In this document: piece by piece, positions 23,263 to 33,926 of the stretch
Numbering within the stretch: position 1 is the stretch's first letter
Layout: each line of letters starts with the position of its first letter
NCBI RefSeq assembly: GCF_006345805.1
Contig: NW_021829656.1
Span: forward strand, 1 to 33,926
Origin: Octopus sinensis
Lineage: Eukaryota
DNA: 33,926 bases
Direction of reading: 5' to 3'
Translations under genes and position numbers: made by a program
Notes under the pieces: model-generated
The model's database searches: none
What the model was told of the DNA's origin: nothing
Seen by the model: only the letters and a program-made list of their open reading frames with translations

Positions 23263-23720
23263 AAGAAATATATATAAAAATACAAAATGGGACAAGAATG
23301 CAAAACATTCAAATAGACGATACAAAAAACACGGATGGGACATTCGAAGCCTTCAATCTTCAGTCAAGAACCGGATCATCCTCGCAATTTCGGCTCATTA
23401 ATTTTGAGATCGCTCCGATCCGGCCAGCCCCAAGGAAAAACTAAGCTACGAGCATTAGATTTCTTGGAAAAAGGATCGAATGTATACGAAACAAGGACAG
23501 AAAAACGGACGATGCCACACGAATATAAATACAAAAAAAAAAAACAATAAAAAAATAATAACAGGACAAAAACAACAACAACAGGTGTCTTACAACTTTA
23601 GACAGTTCAACTTAGCTAACTGGCGTATTTGGAAAATAATGCCTTACGGCAGACGAAGAAATCGATGCTGTCGTGGCGGTGCTCAGAAGCCGAAAGGCTA
23701 GCTGACCGGCGGTCACGTGA
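22846..23720 (+). other. Possible decayed retroelement ORF1-like sequence
   Basis: A-rich, with semi-open frames (e.g. MQNIQIDDTKNTDGTFEAFNLQSRTG...*ATSIRFLGKRIECIR). Split by (TC)n, a family A tail (23160-23222) and (TA)n. No diagnostic motif. Confidence 0.2.
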
Positions 23721-23965
23721 GAAGAGAAGAGAGAGAGAGAAAAAAGGGGCAAAGGAATCAAAGAGAGAGAGAGAGAGAAAAAGAGGACAAAGGCACCAAA
23801 GAGGGGGAGAAGAGAGAGAAAAAAGGAATTAAAGAGGGGCGAAGAAAGAGAGTGTGCCAAAAAGATTCAGATGAATATGGTACTTAAGTTAAAGGCACCA
23901 GAATTGTGTATGGTATTATCCATATAAATCAAATGTGATGATTATAATAAAAATAAGCAACAAGG

Positions 23966-24080
23966 ATATCCAAGGTAGAGTAGTACAATTGTTTCCTGCT
24001 ACTTCATTTTTATTAACACTGTAAGTATTACAGTGTTTAATAAAATGAAGTAGCATGAAACAATTGTACTACTCTACCTT

Positions 24081-24086
<6 letters not shown>
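23966..24086. repeat. Near-perfect palindrome, 59-bp arms, 3-nt loop
   Basis: ATATCCAAGGTAGAGTAGTACAATTGTTTC...CACTGTAA-GTA-TTACAGTG...GAAACAATTGTACTACTCTACCTTGGATAT. Confidence 0.95.
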
Positions 24087-24127
<41 letters not shown>

Positions 24128-24133
24128 ATATAT

Positions 24134-24287
24134 GCGACGGGCTTCTTTCAGTTTCCGTCTACCAAAGGCTTTGGTCGGCCCGAGGCTATAGTAGAAGACA
24201 CTTGCCCAAAGTGTCACGCATTGGAACTGAACCCGGAACCATGTGGTTCGTAAGCAAGCTACTTACCACACAGCCACTCCTACACCT
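24134..24287 (-). mobile_element. SINE family A 5' half (a tail fragment lies at 24766-24828)
   Basis: CACACAGCCACTCC head, GAACTGAACCCGGAACC and GACGGGCTTCTTTCAG. Confidence 0.85.
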
Positions 24288-24913
24288 AGTTTAGTAACTA
24301 GTTTAGTAACTTATTTAATTTCTTTGTTCATAAAGTAAATTGTAGCTGCAGCTATTAGGTTTCCCAGTCTGTTCTTTCCAAAATGTAAGATAATGCCAAG
24401 CGTAAGGGTTAATGCTCCAAGATTGGTTTGTATAACTTTCCAGCTCCAGGGATATGTATTTAGCCATAAAGTTATATTGGTTTCTGAAAATAGCAAGGAA
24501 AGTCTGTGGCAGAGATCGAAACTTATTCCTCTTGATATCTAAACAGCAAATGAGCTAATACGAACGCGTCGTGTGCATTTGTATGTAACTATCTGCATGT
24601 ATATGCGCACGCATATATATATACATATATATATATACATACATATATATATATTGTATATACGTATATATGTATATATGTATATATATATATATGTATA
24701 TATATATTATATATATATATATATATATAATATAATATATATATATATATATATATATACATACCTCTCTTTTATCTCTCTTTTACTTGTTCAGTCATTT
24801 TGACTGCGGCCATGCTGGAGCACCGCCTTTATATATATATATATGTATATATGTATATATGTATATATATATGTTTATATATGTATATATATGTATAATA
24901 TATATAATACATA

Positions 24914-24954
<41 letters not shown>

Positions 24955-25385
24955 GTATATATATATAACTATATATATATATATATATTATGTAATATAG
25001 ACACACACGCACGCACACACACACATATATAAGAGGAGAGGAGAAAAGGGGGGTGATTGATATATATATATATGTGTGTATGTGTGTAGGTAGTAGTATG
25101 CATATATATGTATATATATATATACATATACATATACATATATATATATAATATCTATATATAATATATATTATATATATATATATATATATACACACCC
25201 ACACAGATTGAAAGAGTGAGAGGCAGAGTGAGAGAAGGGAGGTATTAATATTATTAACGCGAAGTTTGCCCAGAAATAAATTAATCACAACAAACATTCA
25301 CTTATGACAGGTTTCAATACAGGATGTAGAGTCAACTTTTATTATACAAAAGCCTGCTACGAGGCTTGTTTAATCAGTCAAACTA

Positions 25386-25486
25386 TTCGAAGAAACCTCG
25401 CAGAAAGGCCAGACCTGACGAAGCAATTGATATGAATATCTTATATACACATATACATCCATATATATATATGTAATATATATATA

Positions 25487-25560
<74 letters not shown>

Positions 25561-25635
25561 GATGTATATGTGTTTATAAGATATTCATATCAATTGCCGT
25601 CGTCAGGTCTGGCCTTTCTGCGAGGTTTCTTCGAA
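25386..25635. repeat. Inverted repeat, ~75-bp arms around ~100 bp of (TA)n
   Basis: Arm 25386-25459 versus the reverse complement of 25561-25635 shows 3 differences. Confidence 0.95.
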
Positions 25636-25636
25636 A

Positions 25637-25699
<63 letters not shown>

Positions 25700-25936
25700 G
25701 TGTGTGTGTGTGTGTGCATATACACAGATATACATATAACGAAATATGAAGTTTTCACTGTGCTTCAATATGATTAATGCTTTTGCGGGTTATAAGAACA
25801 GAAACGTTAATATTTCAAACAGTCGCAGTATAAGTCAAACATGTCGGCACGTCTGTCAATGTTTCAGCTTCATGTCCTTAGCATTATACAAGGATTTAGA
25901 AAAAAAAATATACGCATTATTATAAAAGATGTTGGA

Positions 25937-26329
25937 ACGCCGGGCGAAATGCTTAGCGGTATTTCGTCTGCGTTACGTTGTGAGTTCAAATTCCGCCGAG
26001 GTCGACTTTGCCTTTCATCCTTTCGGGGTCGTTAAATTAAGTACCAGTTACGCACTGGGGTCGATGTAATCGACTTAATACCTATGTCTGTCCTTGTTTG
26101 TCCCCTCTGTGTTTAGCCCCTTGTGGGTAATAAAGAAATAGGTATTTTGTCTGCGTTACGTTGTGAGTTCAAATTCCGCCGAGGTCGACTTTGCCTTTCA
26201 TCCTTTCTGGGTCGTTAAATTAAGTACCAGTTACGCACTGGGGTCTATGTAATCGACTTGATACCTATGTCTGTCCTTGTTTGTCACCTCTGTGTTTAGC
26301 CCCTTGTGGGTAGTAAAGAAATAGGTATT
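25937..26329 (+). mobile_element. SINE family B2: partial head plus 2 units (period 183 bp)
   Basis: Units start at 25960 and 26143; the array ends exactly at AAAGAAATAGGTATT. Confidence 0.9.
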
Positions 26330-26471
26330 GGTGTATATTTGAATCATAGTTTTCTGTTGGTTGACTGTTTCTTTGTTTGATGATTGGTGATAGAAATTTT
26401 GAGTGTTTTATTAGCGTTGTATTACTTGTGTGTTGAGTAAACGTTTTATTAAAATGTATAAGGTGAGATGT

Positions 26472-26786
26472 GGAGGCACGTGGCCTAGTGGTTAGAGCAG
26501 CGGACTCGCGGTCGAGGGATCACGGGTTCGAATATCAGACCGGACGATGTGTGTGTTTATGAGCGAAACACCTAAGCTTTACGCGGCTCTGGCAGAAGGT
26601 AATGGCGGACTTCTGTTGACTCTCTCGCCACAACTTCCTTCCACTCTTTCCTCCCGCATCTTGCCATCTTGCAGCTCACCTGCGATGGACCGGCGTCCCG
26701 TCCAGGTGGGGAACCTATACGCCAAGGAAACTGGGAAACCGGCCCTAATGAGCCAGGCATGGTTTGAGAAGGAACAAACAATTAAG
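26472..26786 (+). mobile_element. tRNA-derived SINE family D with V-domain-like core
   Basis: A box TGGCCTAGTGG (26481), B box GGTTCGAAT (26525) and a tRNA-Arg-like head. CCTGCGATGGACCGGCGTCCCGTCCAGG (26679-26706) resembles the V-SINE domain as I recall it. Confidence 0.7.
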
Positions 26787-26879
26787 TGAGATATTCGAGT
26801 GCGAAAAAATAGTAACGGGGAACACAGTGGCGGGGAGAAAAAATATTGTTATAATTATATAAATTATATATAATATGCG

Positions 26880-27034
26880 TAGGCATGGCCGTGAAGTTAA
26901 CAAGCTGGTTTCGCAATCTTGTGTTCAGTCCAATGGCGGGGCATCTTGGGCAAGTTTCTTCTACTATATAGCACCGGACCGACTAATGCCTTGCGAGAGG
27001 ATTAGGTAGGGGGAAACTGTGAAGAAACCCGTAG
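26880..27034 (+). mobile_element. SINE family A 5' half, diverged
   Basis: GTGTTCAGTCC, GGCATCTTGGGCAAG and GAAGAAACCCGT. Confidence 0.7.
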
Positions 27035-27083
27035 GATTGAATGATGGAAACCCAACCTCCATCCCCCTCCCGCACAACACTTT

Positions 27084-27161
27084 CACCAACACCCCCATCA
27101 CAAACATCTCCATTACCAACACCCCTGTCTCAAACACTTCTATCACAAACACCCACATCAC
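27084..27161 (+). repeat. Degenerate 15-bp minisatellite, 5 units
   Basis: CACCAACACCCCCAT / CACAAACATCTCCAT / TACCAACACCCCTGT / CTCAAACACTTCTAT / CACAAACACCCACAT. Confidence 0.8.
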
Positions 27162-27276
27162 AGTATAATTTATAGCTTTATGGAGCCGTACAGAGCGTGA
27201 GAATAGGCCGTAGACAGCCCCTTTCACCACAGGTTGCAAAAGCTTGCTTTATAATCTCATTACCCCTATTGGCATA

Positions 27277-27385
27277 AAGGCGGCTAGCTGGTAGAGTCGT
27301 TAGCACAACAGACAAAATGCTTAACGCTATATCGTCCGTAAACACGGACGATATAGCGCTAACAATTCTGCCAGCTCGCTGCCTT
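27277..27385. mobile_element. Two inverted SINE B heads forming a fold-back hairpin
   Basis: Perfect 15-bp stem 27325-27339 / 27344-27358; outer arms AAGGCGGCTAGCTGG.. / ..CCAGCTCGCTGCCTT. Further B fragments extend to ~27625. Confidence 0.8.
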
Positions 27386-28175
27386 AACAGCTGTTTCAAA
27401 TTTTGATACACGTTCAATAATTTTAGCAGGATACAATAATCGACTATATCTATCCTCTACTGGATTAGTACTCTATTTTATCGACCCCTGAACGGTTGAA
27501 AGCAACTGTAGACATCCCTGACAGTGCCTTCTTGCGGTATCCAGTGACTGCAGTGTTCAAATTACGCCAAGGTCGATTTTTGCCTTTCATGTTTTCGGAG
27601 GCGATGAAATAAATACCAGTTGAGTAAAAGTTCCGACCTTGCAACTATAAAAAAGAGGATTACTTTTCATTATTATACAAGTTCAAGCGTTCATTTTTTT
27701 ATTCCGCTTCTTTTAAACCATTTGTCTTTTGGTTTTAGCCGCAGCCATATTTTGTGAACACCATATATTTATTGTCAGCTTTCTAACAAAAGAAATTCTT
27801 TTTATATTGGTTATTGACAAGAGGTTTGCTGCAACAATAGAAAGAAAAAAGAATTAAAGGAGCAGCGTATATTAAAAGTGTATTTCGTGTGTTAAATAGG
27901 AATATTAAAAAAAAAATACAAAGAACTACAGTGAAATTTTGACACACTAACATAAGCATTCACAATTATACATATATCATCCAGATATTTTATGTATACA
28001 TACATACACACAGGTACAAACATACATAGATACATATATACATACATACAGATATACACACAGATACATACATACAGACATAATTCGCTTTTGGATATAC
28101 GCATCCTACCGCCATTATGAAGGAGGAACCACTATTCATACAAAAATGCCAATATAAAAGGTGTATGCGTATGTG

Positions 28176-28206
<31 letters not shown>

Positions 28207-28959
28207 ATATGTATGTATGTAAAATGTATGTATGTATGTTTGAATAGGTGTTTATATACGTATATATATATATATATATATATGTAAATATATGTATATA
28301 TACATGTAGATCTATTTATATTGGCAACTATCCATGTATATACACGTATATGCATATGCATATGTGTATATATACATATAAATATATATAAATATAACGA
28401 AATATATATATATAATTATACATGTGTGCGTGTGTGCGTGTGTGCGTGTGTGTGTATGTGTATGTATGTGTAAATATGCACACACATGCCAACTGCAGAT
28501 GCATACATGCATAAAATATAGATTTTTCACGATAAATATTTATTAAGTTCTAAGCGTAGATTTTATAAAATACACCATGAAGAACATCATATGCGTAAAC
28601 ACAAATATATATACGCACGCACACAAGAACACACAGAGACATAGATATGCTTATACATGCATATACATATAAATATATGTACACATAGGCATATCAAAAA
28701 TAAAAACAAAACCAGGAATAACAACTAAAGTCTAAAAGATGTATATAGAGAAGAATTACATTGACGCTCAAACATACAAAAAAAGCAACCATACATATAT
28801 ACATTCTTGCATGTATGCATATATTCAACCATACATAAGTACATAAGTACATACACACAGAGACATGCATACACATATCTATCCATCCATACATACACAC
28901 AGATATACATTAATTCAAATATATACATACATTCACATACACATATAAATACATACATG

Positions 28960-29081
28960 CATGCATACAACCATACATACGTACATAAATGCATACTCAC
29001 AGATACATACATACACATATGCATACATATGTACATACATTCACATACACACACATACATACATACTTACACATACATACA

Positions 29082-29113
<32 letters not shown>

Positions 29114-29324
29114 CACTTACCTACATAATACATTGATACATACATGCATACATACATACATACATACATACATGCATACATACATACATACATATATACA
29201 TACATACATATATACATACATACATATATACATACATACATACATACATACATACATACATACAAACATACATACATACATACATACATACATACATACA
29301 TACATACATACATGCATGCATACA

Positions 29325-29356
<32 letters not shown>

Positions 29357-30440
29357 CACTTACCTACATAATACATTGATACATACATACATACATACAT
29401 ACATACATACATACATACATACATACAAACATACATACATACATACATACATACATACAACATACATACATACATACTACATACATACATACTTACACAT
29501 ACATACATACACATACATACATACATACATACATACATACATACATACATACATACATACATACAAACATACATACATACATACATACATATATACATAC
29601 ATACATGCATGCATGCATACGTACATACATATAGACATACATACATGTATATGATGTTATTTGCATGTGTGTCTTTCGACTAAGCCAATAAGCTGTGAAT
29701 ATGTTTCGTCATAGGAAACAGTTTACTTTCTAACGTAGATACACACATACCTACATACATACATACATGCATACGCGCATACATACTCACAGACACATAC
29801 ATGTATTGATACACATACACATATATACTCACACACATACATGCATTCATATATACATGCATACATACATACATACAAACATGCTTGCATACATACATAC
29901 ATTCATACATACATACTTGCATACATACATACATACATACATACATACATACATACATGCTTATATACATACATGCTTACATACATATATACAAACATAC
30001 ATACATAATAGCATATATACATATTTGTATATATACATACATATTTGTATACCTACATACCTGCAGACATACATACATACTTGTATAAATACATACATTC
30101 ATACATACATACTTGTATATATACATACATACTTATATACATAAATACATACATACACACATGCTTGCATACATACATACAACCATACATACATACATAC
30201 AAACATACATACACATATAATTGCATTTATACATATTTGCATATATACAAACATATTTGCATACCTACATGCATACCTGCAGACATACATAAATACATAC
30301 ATGCATGCACACATACATACTTGCATGCTTACATATGTATACGTGTATGCATACATACATATATATGTATACTTACATGCATACACATGCACGCACACAC
30401 ACACACGCACACACGCACACACACACACACACACATACAC
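28960..30440. repeat. Long degenerate (CATA)n microsatellite
   Basis: Directly visible. Confidence 0.95.
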
Positions 30441-30570
30441 ATATTTACACGTATATAAAGGATGCGTATAGCTTTCGTATTTTGTCTTATTTCTGTTTTT
30501 ATATATTTATACATACCAGCTTCTGCAATAGAAATTTTTTTAAAAAAAGAGGTTTAAACTCTCATAAATA

Positions 30571-30852
30571 GATGATGATGATGATGATGATGATGAGGAC
30601 GACGACGATGACGATGACGATGATGATGACGATGACGATGATGATGATGACGACGATGACGCTGATGATGATGATGATGATGATGATGATGACGACGATG
30701 ACGATGACGAAGATGATGATGACGACGATGAGGATGGCGATGATGATGATGATGATGATAATGACGACGACGACGATGACGACGACGACGATGACGACGA
30801 CGACGATGACGACGACGACGACGACGACGATGACGACGTCGACGACGACGGC

Positions 30853-30885
<33 letters not shown>

Positions 30886-30915
30886 AATGATGATGATGAC
30901 GATGACGGTGGCGAT
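30571..30915. repeat. (GAT/GAC)n trinucleotide repeat
   Basis: Directly visible; 115 triplets in register. Confidence 0.95.
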
Positions 30916-31280
30916 TAACGCGTTGGAGTCAGATTGCGAGAAATAGCAACCAAAATTTCCTCACATCAAATAAAAAAAAATTGTTTCGTTCTATAATGCG
31001 ATCAAAGGCTTTCCAGCCATGCTCATCTTGTTTTTTATGTAATGTACAGGAAATCAAAGGTCACATTAACGAACATCTTAATTTTTAAAATTTTAAGATC
31101 AGATTTGAGGTTAATATAGCTGTTATTTCTAGCGACGAAACAGAAACATCGTCTTTGGCTCGGTCACAAAGTATTGTTATATGCTTGTGTAGTCTTAGCT
31201 TATCCACCATTGCGCACACAAGTGTTCAAATAAAATCCAACCGTGACCATCCTAACTACTACAATGAAAAGAAACTCGTT

Positions 31281-31712
31281 AGGCGTATGAGTAGCTGTGT
31301 GGTGAATAGCTTGCTTACCAACCACATGGTTCTGGGTTCAGTCCCACTGCGTGGCACCTTGGGCAGGTGCCTTCTACTATAGCCACGGGCCGAGCAAAGC
31401 CTTGTGAGTGGATTTGGTAGACGGAAACTGAAAGAAGCCCGTCGTATATATGCATACATATATATGTATGTGTATATGTTTGTGTGTCTGTGTTTGTCCC
31501 CACCAACATCGCTCGACAACTGATGCTGGGGTTTTTACGTATCGGTAACTTAGCGGTTCGGCAAAAAAGCACGATAAAATAAGTACCAGGCTTAGAAAGA
31601 ATAAGTTCTGGGGTCGATTTGCTCGACTAAAGGCGGTGCTCCAGCATGGCCGCAGTCAAATGACTGAAACAAGTAACAGAGTAAAAGAGTAAAAGAGTAA
31701 AGAGTAAAGAGA
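31281..31712 (+). mobile_element. SINE family A, best-preserved full-length copy
   Basis: AGGCG..GTAGCTGTGTGG A box, GGTTCAGTCCC B box, GGCACCTTGGGCAG, internal (TA) and (GAGTAAAA)n tail. Confidence 0.9.
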
Positions 31713-32251
31713 GTATATTAACCACTGTGTAGTTTTGATTTTTGGTGTGATTTGCAGGAGACTTGGCTGCTATGTCTAGGAGACAGAGTGACCACACGGA
31801 GGCTGCCAGTTGGCTCGATGGAAAAGGTGTTAAAATATATATATATATATATATATTGAACTGCTATTTATGAGAAAAATCAATAATTTTTTGTTGAAAT
31901 AACTGAAGCGAGCACTCAAGGAGCTGACAGAAGCTTAATAAACAATCTTTAGATCCTAAGAAGCATCTAGAATCTTAGTAAAATACAAACCAATAATTTA
32001 TTTTGTTTAAAGATTCAATATATTTTACTTTGTAAAGGATAAATGCTAATCTGAAAGGAGGCCGAGTGGACGGGGCGGGCGGGGGGATGTTGAGAACGAC
32101 TGGTGGTGGTGGTGGTGGTGGTGGTGGTGGGTGATTGTGGGTGGTGGACTAAAGGAGGCTCATATTTCAAAATCTAAATTTTATAGCAATTTATGAAAGG
32201 GTTTTAATCTTAAACCATCTTCACAAATATATATAACATATAGTAACAAAG

Positions 32252-32285
<34 letters not shown>

Positions 32286-32299
32286 CAACAACAACAATG

Positions 32300-32330
<31 letters not shown>

Positions 32331-32332
<2 letters not shown>

Positions 32333-32543
32333 CCAGGACTTACAAACACATATAACATACAGAAAATTGCACTACTAGGAACTGCACACATCCTACGCAG
32401 AACACTTTCCTTACAATAACCATCAGAGCATCACAACAAATCACAACACATACCCAAGGCACACAGAGCTGCACTCGGTAGTGAAGTGAAAGCACGCTAT
32501 AAAAATAAAACTACTGAATAATAATAATAATAATAATAATAAA
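32331..32543 (+). mobile_element. 5'-truncated Dong/R4-like (RLE) LINE 3' end
   Basis: TPGLTNTYNIQKIALLGTAHILRRTLSLQ* (stop 32417-32419) fits the RLE-clade C-terminal QK..LLGT..ILR motif. A short 3'UTR and (TAA)n tail follow; (TAA)n also lies on the 5' side. Confidence 0.7.
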
Positions 32544-33300
32544 TGCCCTGATGCAGTACCAGGCAGTGGCTCTCATGGCTTCTGATCTTAACTGATTGGA
32601 AGTGTTATTATGTACATTGTTTTGTCTTGGCATAAAAGATGGGCTACAGCAAATATTCTGTTCAATACCTATTTCATTTATTACCCACAAAGGGCTAAAC
32701 ACAGAGGGGACAAACAAGGACAGACATAGGTATTAAGTCGATTACATCGACCCCAGTGCGTAACTGGTACTTAATTTATCGACCCCGAAAGGATGAAAGG
32801 CAAAGTTGACCTCGGCGGAATTTGAACTCACAACGTAACGCAGACGAAATACCGCTAACCATTTCGCCCGGCGTGAGATTTGCTTGTCAGTTGTTTGACC
32901 TTAACCAGTTGACCATGTCCCTTAGTGGCTGACGATATGTGCATTTCTGATCATGAATAGAAGTAGTGGGGGAACATCATAGCCATGCGTTGAGAGGGAT
33001 TCTTTGGGGTTTGAATAATTCACCTCTGGAAACATGGGTGTTTTGTTCAACATCGTTAAACAACCCTTATTCAGGGACCTTTTGAGCGGGTGGCTTACTC
33101 GACCAGAAGAAAATTCTAACTGGGCCTCACCTGCAAGGTCATGCGCTGTTTATCTTGATATGAGATCACCATGTCGCGCACATACGATTGTGATGCACGT
33201 GCCTAGTGTACCCTTATCAAACGGGTAGTCATGATGTGTATACTAGGCTTCGTATATTTTACCCCATTGTCACTTTGATGACATGCACTGCTCTCTCAAT
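32544..33300. repeat. Probable unclassified interspersed repeat (~550 bp net) between (TAA)n tracts, interrupted by a SINE
   Basis: Higher-GC block with sharp (TAA)n boundaries on both sides. There is only one copy in the window, so repeat status is inferred. Confidence 0.4.
32666..32875 (-). mobile_element. SINE family B2: partial head plus 1 unit
   Basis: TACCTATTTC...CAGACGAAATACCGCTAACCATTTCGCCCGGCGTG. Confidence 0.9.
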
Positions 33301-33311
33301 CAATCTATAGT

Positions 33312-33327
33312 AGTAATAATAATAATG

Positions 33328-33381
<54 letters not shown>
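33312..33381. repeat. (TAA)n microsatellite
   Basis: Directly visible. Confidence 0.95.
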
Positions 33382-33382
<1 letters not shown>

Positions 33383-33384
33383 GG

Positions 33385-33581
33385 GTTTCAAATTTTACCA
33401 CAAGGACAACAATTTTCGGGGAGGGGAGGGGATGAGTCGATTACCTCGACCCCCAGTGTTCCCGGAAGGATGAAAAGCAAAGTCAACCTCGGCGGAATTT
33501 GAACTCGGAACGAATAAGACAGACGAAATGCTGCTAAGCACTCCATTCGGCGTGCCAACGATTCTGCCAGCTCAGCGCCTT
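33385..33581 (-). mobile_element. SINE family B1 (alternative ...AAAATTTGAAAC tail)
   Basis: Same head and B box as B2 but with the tail seen at 2195 and 2453; another tail starts at ~33584. Confidence 0.8.
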
Positions 33582-33621
33582 TGGTTTCAAATTTTGGGAC
33601 AAGGCCAGTAATTCTGGGATC

Positions 33622-33926
33622 GCTATATTTATTGCCCGTCCCCCCTCTTATGTATCGTATGAGGTGGAGGTTATCGTAAATGGATCTACTAGGATCGCAC
33701 ACTTTCGTGCTTCCTCGACCAAACGAAATACAAGAGACAACTCTTTGTTAACACCTCGGCCAAAATCTTAAACTCTGCAGTTGTCAGAGTTATGTGTTGG
33801 AAATTATCTATAATAATTTTGTTGGTGTCCTTTCTTAGTAGCCTTCTAAAGAAGTATTTCCGTTCCACTCCGCTGGATGCAAAATGGCCACTATTTTAAA
33901 AGCCCTGCTTCGCCTCGATCTGAAAA
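33622..33926 (-). pseudogene. L1/Tx1-class reverse transcriptase fragment (N-terminal RT motifs)
   Basis: LLRKDTNKIIIDNFQHITLTTAEFKILAEVL (fs) LVEEARKCAI (fs) PSRSIYDNLHLIRYI; matches N.RPI.L...D/E.KIL.K.L and RSI.DN motifs. May continue past the window end. Confidence 0.8.

Noticed and set aside
26472-26545. Functional tRNA gene
   Set aside because: Acceptor and anticodon stems do not pair and the sequence continues into a SINE body.
306-30571. Dozens of ORF-track entries rich in YI/HT/CV/MYVC repeats
   Set aside because: They are translations of (TA)n, (CA)n and (TACA)n microsatellites, not genes.
33200-33290. HDV-like or twister ribozyme at the end of the TAA-bounded module
   Set aside because: I could not build P1/P1.1/P2 or twister core pairings from this copy.

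Overview
This is eukaryotic, AT-rich, non-coding DNA saturated with repeats. The SINE families and (TA)n/(CA)n/(TACA)n microsatellite load point to a coleoid cephalopod, most likely an octopus (inferred, not database-checked). I found no intact host gene; the only candidate is a 126-bp terminal exon at 1770-1895. Contents: four tRNA-derived SINE families (my labels A-D), a decayed L1/Tx1 LINE plus a separate RT fragment, a decayed mariner-like element with two nested MITEs, a Dong/R4-like 3' end in (TAA)n, two microsatellite-bounded tandem duplications and several fold-back palindromes. The two most interesting signals are a complete minimal type I hammerhead ribozyme motif (517-569, minus) inside a Penelope-like inverted structure, and a SINE that amplifies its internal 184-bp B-box unit behind a single head (1, ~1.6, 2, 3 and 11 units at five loci). 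Almost all ORF-track entries are microsatellite translations. All alignments and translations were done by eye.
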